From Vibrio cholerae ATCC 14035 (GTDB lineage: Bacteria > Pseudomonadota > Gammaproteobacteria > Enterobacterales > Vibrionaceae): DNA of 32,000 bases. The translations under genes and the position numbers were made by a program. The notes under the pieces were generated by a model. It saw only the letters and a program-made list of their open reading frames with translations, did no database searches and was not told where the DNA came from. Shown here piece after piece: positions 10,746-19,643 of this stretch; positions within the stretch are counted from its first letter, which is position 1, and every line of letters begins with the position of its first letter. The DNA is taken from NCBI RefSeq assembly GCF_000621645.1, contig NZ_JHXR01000009.1, positions 1 to 32,000 on the forward strand. The letters run 5' to 3'.

Positions 10746-11642
10746 ATGAAAAAATTAACAGGTTTGATTGCTGCTCCACATACGCCTTTCACAAAAGATA
10801 ACAAGGTTAATTTTGCGGCGATTGACCAAATTGCTGAGCTTCTGATTGAACAAGGAGTGAAAGGTGCTTATGTCTGCGGAACGACAGGTGAGGGGATCCA
10901 TTGCTCTGTCGAAGAAAGAAAAGCAATTGCAGAACGTTGGGTGAAAGCCGTTGATGGGAAGTTAGATGTTATTTTACATACAGGCGCTTTAAGTATTGTT
11001 GATACCATCAACTTGACAGAGCACGCTGAAACACTGGATATCTTTGCTACCTCCGCTATTGGCCCATGCTTTTTCAAACCGGGAAGTGTTGATGATTTAG
11101 TTGAGTATTGTGCTCAAGTTGCTGCCGCAGCTCCTTCAAAAGGTTTTTATTACTACCACTCAGGAATGTCGGGCGTGAATCTAGATTTAGAGCAGTTCTT
11201 GATTAAAGGCGAACAGCGCATTCCTAATCTTTATGGCGCAAAATTCAATAATGCTGATTTGTATGAATACCAGCGTTGCGTGCGAGTATCGAATCGCAAA
11301 TTTGATATTCCATTTGGTGTGGATGAGTTTTTACCTGCTGGTTTAGCCGTCGGTGCGGTAGGCGCAGTTGGTAGCACTTATAACTATGCTGCTCCATTGT
11401 ATTTGAAAATCATTGAAGCATTTAACCATGGTAAACATGATGAAGTCGCAGCGTTGATGGATAAAGTGATTGCGATTATTCGAGTATTGGTCGAATACGG
11501 CGGTGTTGCGGCAGGTAAAGTTGCCATGCAGTTACATGGTATTGATGCTGGGGATCCCCGCTTACCTATTCGTTCATTGAATGACAAACAGAAAGCGGAT
11601 GTGCTTGCGAAGATGCGTGATGCTGGGTTCCTGTCGATCTAA
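10746..11642 (+). CDS. nanA: N-acetylneuraminate lyase (class I aldolase, DHDPS/NanA family)
   Basis: The VCGTTGEG motif, a conserved YYYH segment, the Schiff-base lysine context YGAKFN and a length of 298 aa all fit NanA. Confidence 0.92.
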   Translation: MKKLTGLIAAPHTPFTKDNKVNFAAIDQIAELLIEQGVKGAYVCGTTGEGIHCSVEERKAIAERWVKAVDGKLDVILHTGALSIVDTINLTEHAETLDIFATSAIGPCFFKPGSVDDLVEYCAQVAAAAPSKGFYYYHSGMSGVNLDLEQFLIKGEQRIPNLYGAKFNNADLYEYQRCVRVSNRKFDIPFGVDEFLPAGLAVGAVGAVGSTYNYAAPLYLKIIEAFNHGKHDEVAALMDKVIAIIRVLVEYGGVAAGKVAMQLHGIDAGDPRLPIRSLNDKQKADVLAKMRDAGFLSI

Positions 11643-11650
11643 ATAAAGGC

Positions 11651-11675
11651 TAGGGAGGAATATTCATCCTCCCTA
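11651..11675 (+). terminator. Hairpin downstream of nanA (candidate terminator or attenuator)
   Basis: Perfect 9-bp arms TAGGGAGGA (11651-11659) and TCCTCCCTA (11667-11675) flank a 7-nt loop. No T-tract follows on the plus strand, so termination efficiency is uncertain. Confidence 0.4.
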
Positions 11676-11770
11676 AAAGAAGATTTAAGAACAAATTATC
11701 ATGATGATGTATTAATAGATCTAGGTCTTTGGTACTTTTATGGTAGTCAAAAGAATATTAAGGACTCCAA

Positions 11771-12607
11771 GTGAATTTGCCTAAAAATCTGATGGTTCGA
11801 TTGCGCTCGAATACCGAACCTTTGAGCAAAAAACTCAGAGTTGTTGCTGATTATGTGCTCGAAAATGCACATGAAGTTCAGTATCAGACGATCACCGATC
11901 TAGCGTTTAATACAAAAACAAGCGAAGCCACTGTAGTCAGGCTATGCCGTGATTTGGGCTACAAAGGTTATTCGGATTTTAGAATGGCATTGGCGGTTGA
12001 TCTTAGTCAGTCTGCAAACCAATCTCAGCCCAAAATGGATGGCGATATTTGCGAAGTTTCTGCGCAAAGCGCGGTAGATAGTTTAATGGATACTGCAAAA
12101 CTGATAGACAGAGCTGCCTTAAATAGAATATGTGAGTTGGTTCATGGGGCTAAGTTTATTGGGTGTGTTGGTGTGGGAGCATCCAGTATCGTCGGTCGCT
12201 ATTTGGCGTACCGATTAGTGAGAATAGGTAAAAAAGCCATCATGTATGAAGATACACACTTGGCGGCAATGAGTGCTGGACAGAGTGTTGTCGGGGATGC
12301 ATGGTTTGCAATATCGAGCTCAGGTTCTACAAAAGAGGTGGTTCATGCGGCCACCCAGGCTCATCAACGCGGTGTGCCAGTTGTATCTCTTACGAATATT
12401 AGCCATAGCCCACTTTCTTCGATTTCAGATGAAATGTTAGTGGCTGCAAGGCCTGAAGGCCCTCTCACTGGCGGTGCTTTTTCTTCTAAAGTTGGTGCTT
12501 TGTTGCTTGTTGATGTTTTGATTAACACACTTTTAGATGTATATCCTGAATATTCAGCCTCCGTATTTGGTACTGCGGAAGTGATTTTACCTTTAATGGA
12601 TAGTTAA
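11771..12607 (+). CDS. nanR: RpiR-family transcriptional regulator (HTH plus SIS domain), the likely sialic-acid catabolism repressor
   Basis: An N-terminal RpiR HTH (ITDLAFNTKTSEATVVRLCRDLGYKGYSDFR) and a C-terminal SIS phosphosugar-binding domain (GVGASS..., AISSSGSTKE) are present. A GTG start at 11771 has AAGGA upstream. The Vibrio NanR assignment is from context and established knowledge. Confidence 0.85.
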   Translation: MNLPKNLMVRLRSNTEPLSKKLRVVADYVLENAHEVQYQTITDLAFNTKTSEATVVRLCRDLGYKGYSDFRMALAVDLSQSANQSQPKMDGDICEVSAQSAVDSLMDTAKLIDRAALNRICELVHGAKFIGCVGVGASSIVGRYLAYRLVRIGKKAIMYEDTHLAAMSAGQSVVGDAWFAISSSGSTKEVVHAATQAHQRGVPVVSLTNISHSPLSSISDEMLVAARPEGPLTGGAFSSKVGALLLVDVLINTLLDVYPEYSASVFGTAEVILPLMDS

Positions 12608-12626
12608 GCAGTATTTAACAAGTTTG

Positions 12627-12657
12627 AAACCCATCAGGATATCGATGGGTTTTTTTA
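12627..12657 (+). terminator. Rho-independent terminator after nanR
   Basis: The stem AAACCCATC (12627-12635) / GATGGGTTT (12644-12652) has an 8-nt loop and runs into a T-tract (through about 12656). Confidence 0.8.
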
Positions 12658-12788
12658 GCGCATTTAGTGAAGATAATTTTTACTTTTATTAATGGTGAAG
12701 AAATTAATCTTCAAAACAAGGTGTTAATGTTCAGTTTCTCATTGAACACCTGACAAAAGTATGGATAGCAATTAATAAGGACAAATTA

Positions 12789-13943
12789 ATGAATATGAAA
12801 ACTCTATTGACTTACGCTACGTTACTTTCTGTGACAGCATTTAGTCATGTGGTCTATGCCGATAATCAATGGCCTGATTTACCTACTGGATTTAAAGATG
12901 GGGTTGGTGCACAAGTTGGTTCAAAAGTGTATGTAGGACTTGGATCTCTGGGGAAAAGCTTTTATGTACTTGATTTGAATGCATTATCGAAAGGATGGCA
13001 AAAGATTGCTGATTTTACCGGTGCTGAACGAAGTGGAGCGACGGCATCTGTAATAGGAAATTATATTTATCTCTTTGGTGGCTCCGGCAAAGCAGAACCG
13101 TCTGATCCATCGCCTATTTTGTTTGATTCGGTATATCGCTACGACACCAAGAAAGATTCATGGGAGAAAATGAATACGACCTCGCCTGTAGGACTTCTTG
13201 GTGCTTCTTCTTATTCTCCGGACAATAGACAGATCCTCTTTTTTGGTGGTTATAACAAAGCCTATTTTGATCGCTATCTGCGAGATATATCGACCACTGA
13301 CAAGCAAGTAAATCCTGAAGTATGGCAACGTATTGTTGATGATTATATGGGAATGACGCCTACGGATTATAAATGGAACCGAAACGTGATCAGTTATTTG
13401 CCTGAAAAACAAGAGTGGCGTGATTTAGGCGTGTCTACGTATCTCCCTAATTGTGGTAGCGCAACCGTTATTGAAGGGAACAAAGTAACTCTCATCAGTG
13501 GTGAGATAAAACCGGGTTTACGCACCGCTGAAGTTAAGCAATATGAATTTGGAATGGATCAACCGTGGAAAAGTTTGTTGCCCTTACCTGCACCCCAAAC
13601 GAGCAATATCCAAGAGGGTGTTGCAGGTGCATTTTCTGGGAAGACAAATGGAGTTGTAGTTGTTGCTGGTGGAGCGAATTTCCATGGTGCGAAACAAGCA
13701 TTTGAAAACGGAAAAATGTTCGCACATGAAGGGCTGCCTAAGGCGTTTAATTCCGAAATTTATGTAGAAAAAGAGGGCATTTGGTCAACGGTAAATTCGC
13801 TTCCTGAGGGCTTGGCATATGGGGCTTCATTTACTACATCAGAGGGTGTTTTAATTGTTGGTGGAGAAAAAAGTGGTAAAGAAATGAGTCATAAGGTTTA
13901 TATGTTGGCTTGGAATGGCTCTACTGTTGAAGTGATAGACTAA
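12789..13943 (+). CDS. nanM: N-acetylneuraminate epimerase/mutarotase (Kelch-repeat beta-propeller), exported
   Basis: The signal peptide [24 protein letters not shown] is followed by repeated Kelch-like units ([31 protein letters not shown]). The protein resembles E. coli YjhT/NanM. Confidence 0.85.
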
Positions 13944-13957
13944 TTAAGGAGAGCATT

Positions 13958-15028
13958 ATGGCAATCTCATTTCAATTACTCCCTGAGCTTCCAGTAGGAG
14001 TTAAACACGGAGTGGGTGGAATAATAGGTCAAAAATTGTATGCAGGGCTTGGTAGTTCTGGAAATGCATTTTTTGTTTTAGACCTAAAAGATATGAATAG
14101 TGGTTGGAAGTCGGCTGCTGACTTTCCTGGAATTGCTCGAAATGATGCTGCCTATACAGTCTGTGGTAACAAGCTTTATGTTTTTTCAGGTGCAGGGATA
14201 GAGGGCAATAACAGCTTTCCAACAGTTTTAATGGATGGTTATGTATTTGATAGTCAAATCAATCAATGGAAACGATTAGAGAGAACACTTCCTACCGGAT
14301 TTCTTGGTGCATCTTGTTGTAGTCTATCACCGACGGAGATCATTTTTTTCGGAGGGTATGATAAGGATACTTTTAATAACTTCCTTTCTGAAATCTCAAA
14401 AATTGATGTAACAAAAGAGCCTAATAAATATAAAGAGCTTATTACTATATTCATGTCTCAGCCAATCGATAACTATAATTGGAATAAAAATGTTTGGTCA
14501 TTTACACCATGCAATGAACACTGGTCAGTTGTTGGTGAAAACCCATTTAAGCCTAATTGTGGTTCTGGAATAATTCATAAAAACAACGTTGTAACTTTGA
14601 TTGAAGGCGAAGTAAAGCCTGGTCTGAGAAGCTTAGAAACTAAGCGCTACTTGTTTAAAGAAGGAAAACTGGAATATTCTGATAGTAGTGCCTCTATTAT
14701 TGATATATGTAAAAATCATGAAGGACTAGCTGGGCATTTTTTCGGTGAAATTGACAATAAGATAATTGTTATTGGTGGGGCATATTTTATTGGTAGTCAA
14801 GACGCATTTATAAAAGGAAACTTATATGCCCATAATGGCCTCATTAAACACTTTAGTTCGAATGTTTGGATTTTTGATGGTAAATCCTGGGAGAATAAAT
14901 GCCAATTAGATGCTGCAGGTATTGCCTATGGCGTTTCCGCTTCAAACGGAAAAGCTATGTATGTTTTAGGGGGAGAAAACTCTAATGGTGATGCAATGAC
15001 AAGATGCTTATCATTATTAATGGATTAA
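13958..15028 (+). CDS. NanM-like Kelch-repeat protein without a signal peptide (paralogue of the upstream gene)
   Basis: The sequence is collinear with nanM (LPxxxKxGVGxxxGxKxYxGLGSxGxxFxVLDL; FFGGYxKxxFxxxL; EGxxVTLIxGExKPGLR). It starts directly at MAISFQLLPELP with no hydrophobic leader. A strong AAGGAG RBS is present. Confidence 0.65.
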   Translation: MAISFQLLPELPVGVKHGVGGIIGQKLYAGLGSSGNAFFVLDLKDMNSGWKSAADFPGIARNDAAYTVCGNKLYVFSGAGIEGNNSFPTVLMDGYVFDSQINQWKRLERTLPTGFLGASCCSLSPTEIIFFGGYDKDTFNNFLSEISKIDVTKEPNKYKELITIFMSQPIDNYNWNKNVWSFTPCNEHWSVVGENPFKPNCGSGIIHKNNVVTLIEGEVKPGLRSLETKRYLFKEGKLEYSDSSASIIDICKNHEGLAGHFFGEIDNKIIVIGGAYFIGSQDAFIKGNLYAHNGLIKHFSSNVWIFDGKSWENKCQLDAAGIAYGVSASNGKAMYVLGGENSNGDAMTRCLSLLMD

Positions 15029-15092
15029 TTTTTTATAGTTATGCGCTTCGTCATTAACAATGGGAATGAATGTATTAAATGTTTCAATGAAC

Positions 15093-15953
15093 CTACTCCA
15101 AAACGTAGGATATAAGCTCATCCCGATTCCCCAGCACAATCTGTTGTCCTTGAGGATTAGATTTTTGTACATGGATATCAATGTTATAGGTATCAAGCAC
15201 ATAGCGAACGAGTGACGCGTTGGTGGCAATTCGCAAAACGCCGTCACTCATCGCATAATCTTTTTCTATCACCGCGCGTTGTTTTTCATTTAGGCGAAGA
15301 TCGGGGATGAGTTCTACGTTCACTTTGGTATTCCAAAGTACATCGTCACGTTTACCGTGTATCGCATTATTGTTGATGTCAGGAATACCTTGTATGCGGC
15401 TTAAGACAAAATCACGATAGCCACCAGCCTGTTCACAATAAGCGCGAACGTGCCAGCGTAATGGTGTGCAAACAAGAGTATGCGGGGAAATAATGCGCTC
15501 AGATTGCTCACCATCTTTTAGCGATGTGTAGCAAATATCGACACGTTTTTTCTCTCGTATCGCCTGCACCAAAGGACGTAATACTTGTGGCGAAATGTTG
15601 CGTGTTACTGGGCGAACCATAGTGGAATGTTCAAAGCCCATATCGAGCTCATTAAAAGTGACCGTCATATCCTCACTACGCGAAAGAATATGCAAGTATT
15701 CATCGGCATGGCCGGAGGTGAGTTTAGGGCTAAAGCTATCACTGGGCTTATAGCCTTTGAGGTGCTTATCGTAAACCAAGTTGCCAGGTGCAATATCCGC
15801 AAGATAAGTATTGATGTCTTTAGAAGCTTGTTGACGCCCGATACCAAAGCTCTGGATCAGATGGTTGGTGGTCAAACGCCCTTCCCATAAAGCAATAATC
15901 TCAATCATTCGGTATCGAAACAGCAGATCCCATCGAATTGGCCATGCACTCAT
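15093..15953 (-). CDS. WYL-domain transcriptional regulator (BrxR/CapW-like: wHTH, WYL and C-terminal extension)
   Basis: The N-terminal wHTH is IEIIALWEGRLTTNHLIQSFGIGRQQASKDINTY (about nt 15774-15926). The central WYL-type segment is VDICYTSL...RIISPHTLVCTPLRWHVRAYCEQAGGYRDFVLSRI (about nt 15384-15581). An AGGAA RBS is present, and the gene is divergent from the helicase-nuclease gene. Confidence 0.75.
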   Translation of the reverse strand: MSAWPIRWDLLFRYRMIEIIALWEGRLTTNHLIQSFGIGRQQASKDINTYLADIAPGNLVYDKHLKGYKPSDSFSPKLTSGHADEYLHILSRSEDMTVTFNELDMGFEHSTMVRPVTRNISPQVLRPLVQAIREKKRVDICYTSLKDGEQSERIISPHTLVCTPLRWHVRAYCEQAGGYRDFVLSRIQGIPDINNNAIHGKRDDVLWNTKVNVELIPDLRLNEKQRAVIEKDYAMSDGVLRIATNASLVRYVLDTYNIDIHVQKSNPQGQQIVLGNRDELISYVLE

Positions 15954-16070
15954 TGTTAGATTCCTGTCTAGTTATTCGACATGTTCATGTATTCAGTATT
16001 TACCTGTCGCTATTGGCGTTACATTATGGTCCGATTAATAAAACATCAACAACTGCTGGGGGAATATTGT
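15954..16070. promoter_or_regulatory. Divergent promoter region between the WYL regulator and ddmD
   Basis: This 117-bp gap lies between divergent starts. It holds small palindromes (TAGAttcctgTCTA, ACATGttCATGT), but I cannot assign an operator with confidence. Confidence 0.4.
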
Positions 16071-19000
16071 ATGAATGTATCGATAGAAGAGTTTACTCAT
16101 TTTGATTTTCAGCTTGTTCCCGAGCCTTCGCCGCTTGATCTGGTAATTACAGAGTCGCTCAAAAATCACATTGAAGTAAATGGCGTTAAATCTGGTGCTT
16201 TGCTCCCATTACCATTTCAGACTGGAATCGGGAAAACTTACACGGCACTAAATTTCTTACTCCAGCAGATGTTAGAGCAAGTACGAAGCGAGCTGAAAGA
16301 AGAAAATACCGGCAAAAAATCCAAACGCTTGCTGTATTACGTTACTGATTCAGTAGATAACGTGGTAAGCGCGAAAGCAGACTTGTTGAAGTTAATTGAA
16401 AAGCAGACAGTCAAGGGTGAGCCTCGCTTCACTTTAGAACAACAAGAGTACCTTAAAGCGCAAATAGTACACCTTCCCAACCAGTCAGAGCAGCTATTGC
16501 AATGTTCTGATGCGGTATTGAATGACGTGTTAATCGGATTTAACTTGAACGCTGAGCGTGATGTTCAAGCAGAGTGGAGTGCCATATCAGGTCTAAGACG
16601 TCATGCGAGTAACCCTGAAGTTAAAATCTCTTTAAATAGGCAAGCGGGTTACTTCTACCGTAATTTAATAGACCGTTTGCAAAAGAAACAAAAAGGGGCC
16701 GATAGAGTATTGTTGAGCGGTTCGTTGCTAGCATCCGTTGAAACACTATTGCCGGGTGAAAAAATTCGTAATGGAAGTGCTCATGTTGCTTTTTTAACGA
16801 CAAGTAAGTTTCTGAAAGGCTTCCACAATACTCGTTCGCGTTACAGTCCATTGCGCGATCTAAGTGGTGCTGTACTTATAATTGATGAAATTGACAAGCA
16901 GAATCAGGTCATCCTTTCTGAGTTGTGTAAGCAACAAGCGCAGGACTTAATTTGGGCAATCAGAACTTTAAGAGCAAACTTTCGAGACCATCAACTTGAG
17001 AGCTCGCCTCGCTACGACAAAATTGAAGATCTATTTGAACCGCTCCGTGAGCGACTTGAAGAGTTTGGCACCAATTGGAATCTAGCGTTCGCATTTAATA
17101 CGGAAGGTGCTAACTTGAATGAGCGGCCTGTTCGGTTGTTTTCGGATAGAAGCTTCACGCATGTAAGTAGTGCCACTCATAAGCTGTCATTAAAGTCAGA
17201 TTTTTTGAGACGGAAAAATCTCATATTCAGCGATGAGAAAGTAGAAGGCTCTCTCATCGAAAAACACGGCCTTTTAACCCGCTTTGTCAATGAAGCAGAT
17301 GTTATATATCAGTGGTTTCTTGGCACAATGCGTAAAGCCGTGTTTCAGTACTGGGAGAACGTTCGTGGCTTAGAAATCGAAGTACGCGAAAATAGAAGTC
17401 TAGAAGGAACGTTTCAAGAAGCTGTTCAATCCCTGCTTACTCACTTCAACTTACAAGAATTTGAGTCTGCAGTTTACGAGTCTTTCGATACGCGGGGGTT
17501 ACGGCAATCTGCAGGTGGTAAAGCGAACAAGTTAAGTTCTAGCAAGAGTTACCATCATACAGGGCTAAAACTTGTAGAGGTGGCTCATAATCAGGGGACT
17601 CGCGATACCGTAAATTGTAAAGCGTCATTCCTAAATACTTCACCATCGGGTGTTTTAGCGGATATGGTTGATGCAGGTGCCGTTATTCTCGGCATAAGTG
17701 CAACAGCGAGAGCAGACACCGTAATACATAACTTTGATTTTAAATACTTGAATGAGCGTTTGGGTAACAAGCTTCTATCTTTGTCGAGAGAGCAAAAACA
17801 GCGGGTAAATAATTATTACCATAGTAGACGCAACTATAAAGATAACGGCGTAGTTTTGACAGTCAAATATCTCAATAGCCGAGATGCGTTTCTTGATGCT
17901 TTGTTGGAGGAATATAAGCCGGAAGCTCGATCAAGTCACTTTATCCTAAATCACTATCTCGGTATTGCGGAATCAGAGCAGGCATTTGTTCGTAGTTGGT
18001 TGTCTAAGCTCTTAGCTAGCATTAAAGCGTTTATCTCATCCCCTGATAATCGTTATATGCTGTCGTTGTTAAACCGCACCCTAGATACAACACGTCAGAA
18101 CATTAACGATTTCATTCAGTTCTGCTGTGATAAATGGGCAAAAGAATTTAATGTTAAAACCAAGACATTTTTTGGTGTGAATGCTGATTGGATGAGATTA
18201 GTTGGCTACGATGAAATTTCCAAGCACCTAAATACTGAGCTAGGAAAAGTCGTTGTATTTAGCACATACGCTTCAATGGGAGCAGGCAAAAACCCTGATT
18301 ATGCAGTTAATTTAGCTTTGGAAGGTGAAAGCTTAATATCTGTTGCCGATGTCACTTATAGCACGCAGTTGCGAAGCGATATAGACAGTATTTATCTTGA
18401 AAAGCCTACTCAGCTACTCCTGTCAGATGATTACTCGCATACTGCCAACCAGCTTTGTCAATTCCACCAAATTTTATCTTTGCAAGAGAACGGCGAGTTG
18501 TCACCGAAAAGCGCTGAAAACTGGTGTCGCCAGCAACTTATGGGTATGAGCAGAGAGCGTTCTTTACAGCAATACCACCAAACAAGTGACTACCAAAGTG
18601 CAGTAAGGAAATACATTGAGCAAGCGGTAGGAAGAGCAGGAAGAACGTCCCTGAAACGAAAACAAATTCTCTTGTTTGTTGATTCTGGTTTGAAAGAAAT
18701 TCTGGCGGAAGAGAGTCGAGACCCAAGTTTGTTTTCGCACAAATATGTTGCTTTGGTTAATAAAGCGAAATCAGCTGGTAAGTCTATTGTTGAGGACCGA
18801 GCTGTTCGACGTTTATTCAATCTTGCTCAAAGAAACAATAAAGACGGTATGCTATCAATCAAAGCCCTAGTTCATCGTCTACATAATCAACCAGCATCTA
18901 AGAGTGATATTCAAGAGTGGCAAGACATTAGAACTCAGTTGCTCCGATATCCGACGGTGGCCTTTCAACCGGAGCGATTCAATCGATTGTACTTACAGTC

Positions 19001-19643
19001 TATGACAAAAGGGTATTACCGTTATCAAGGTAATTTAGATGGTGATCCGAATAGCTTCGAGTTCTTTGATAGGGTGCCTTATGGCGACATGGTGTCAGAG
19101 GAAGATTGCAGCCTAGCGACGTTAGTACAGAACCAATATGTGAGGCCGTGGTTTGAACGCAAAGGCTTTGCCTGTTCGTGGCAAAAAGAAGCGAATGTGA
19201 TGACGCCAATTATGTTTACCAACATTTATAAGGGAGCCTTGGGCGAGCAAGCGGTAGAGGCAGTGCTAACAGCATTCGATTTTACCTTTGAAGAAGTTCC
19301 AAATTCTATTTACGAGCGATTTGACAATAGAGTCATATTTGCAGGGATTGAGCAACCGATCTGGCTAGACAGCAAATACTGGAAGCATGAAGGTAATGAA
19401 AGCAGCGAAGGCTACAGTTCGAAAATTGCATTGGTAGAAGAAGAGTTTGGACCTTCGAAGTTTATTTATGTGAATGCGTTAGGGGATACTTCAAAACCCA
19501 TTAGATACTTGAACTCGTGCTTCGTAGAAACCTCACCACAGTTAGCTAAAGTTATTGAGATTCCGGCACTAATTGATGATAGCAATGCCGACACCAACCG
19601 AACAGCAGTACAGGAGTTGATAAAATGGTTACACCACAGCTAG
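16071..19643 (+). CDS. ddmD: DdmD-type defence protein: N-terminal SF2 helicase fused to a C-terminal PD-(D/E)xK nuclease (1190 aa)
   Basis: Helicase motifs: Walker A TGIGKT (16221-16238), motif II DEID (16884-16895), motif III SAT within GISATA (17697-17705) and motif VI QAVGRAGRT (18621-18647). Nuclease motifs: GALGEQAVE helix, FDNRV (D at 19323-19325) and LDSKYW (19368-19376). I prefer the start at ATG 16071, which has a GGGGGA RBS. That start numbers the Walker lysine K55 and the nuclease lysine K1102, matching the DdmD mutant positions I recall. Confidence 0.9.
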   Translation: MNVSIEEFTHFDFQLVPEPSPLDLVITESLKNHIEVNGVKSGALLPLPFQTGIGKTYTALNFLLQQMLEQVRSELKEENTGKKSKRLLYYVTDSVDNVVSAKADLLKLIEKQTVKGEPRFTLEQQEYLKAQIVHLPNQSEQLLQCSDAVLNDVLIGFNLNAERDVQAEWSAISGLRRHASNPEVKISLNRQAGYFYRNLIDRLQKKQKGADRVLLSGSLLASVETLLPGEKIRNGSAHVAFLTTSKFLKGFHNTRSRYSPLRDLSGAVLIIDEIDKQNQVILSELCKQQAQDLIWAIRTLRANFRDHQLESSPRYDKIEDLFEPLRERLEEFGTNWNLAFAFNTEGANLNERPVRLFSDRSFTHVSSATHKLSLKSDFLRRKNLIFSDEKVEGSLIEKHGLLTRFVNEADVIYQWFLGTMRKAVFQYWENVRGLEIEVRENRSLEGTFQEAVQSLLTHFNLQEFESAVYESFDTRGLRQSAGGKANKLSSSKSYHHTGLKLVEVAHNQGTRDTVNCKASFLNTSPSGVLADMVDAGAVILGISATARADTVIHNFDFKYLNERLGNKLLSLSREQKQRVNNYYHSRRNYKDNGVVLTVKYLNSRDAFLDALLEEYKPEARSSHFILNHYLGIAESEQAFVRSWLSKLLASIKAFISSPDNRYMLSLLNRTLDTTRQNINDFIQFCCDKWAKEFNVKTKTFFGVNADWMRLVGYDEISKHLNTELGKVVVFSTYASMGAGKNPDYAVNLALEGESLISVADVTYSTQLRSDIDSIYLEKPTQLLLSDDYSHTANQLCQFHQILSLQENGELSPKSAENWCRQQLMGMSRERSLQQYHQTSDYQSAVRKYIEQAVGRAGRTSLKRKQILLFVDSGLKEILAEESRDPSLFSHKYVALVNKAKSAGKSIVEDRAVRRLFNLAQRNNKDGMLSIKALVHRLHNQPASKSDIQEWQDIRTQLLRYPTVAFQPERFNRLYLQSMTKGYYRYQGNLDGDPNSFEFFDRVPYGDMVSEEDCSLATLVQNQYVRPWFERKGFACSWQKEANVMTPIMFTNIYKGALGEQAVEAVLTAFDFTFEEVPNSIYERFDNRVIFAGIEQPIWLDSKYWKHEGNESSEGYSSKIALVEEEFGPSKFIYVNALGDTSKPIRYLNSCFVETSPQLAKVIEIPALIDDSNADTNRTAVQELIKWLHHS

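Noticed and set aside
15585-15890. The 101-aa plus-strand and 60-aa minus-strand ORFs inside the WYL gene
   Set aside because: They are shadow or out-of-frame ORFs within a CDS with recognisable wHTH and WYL segments.
15981-16070. The 30-codon N-terminal extension of the ddmD ORF (MFMYSVFTCRYWRYIMVRLIKHQQLLGEYC) in the ORF track
   Set aside because: There is no RBS at 15981, and the composition is odd (Cys/Trp/Tyr-rich). It would leave only 27 bp for a divergent promoter. The ATG at 16071 has a GGGGGA Shine-Dalgarno and gives residue numbering consistent with the recalled DdmD.
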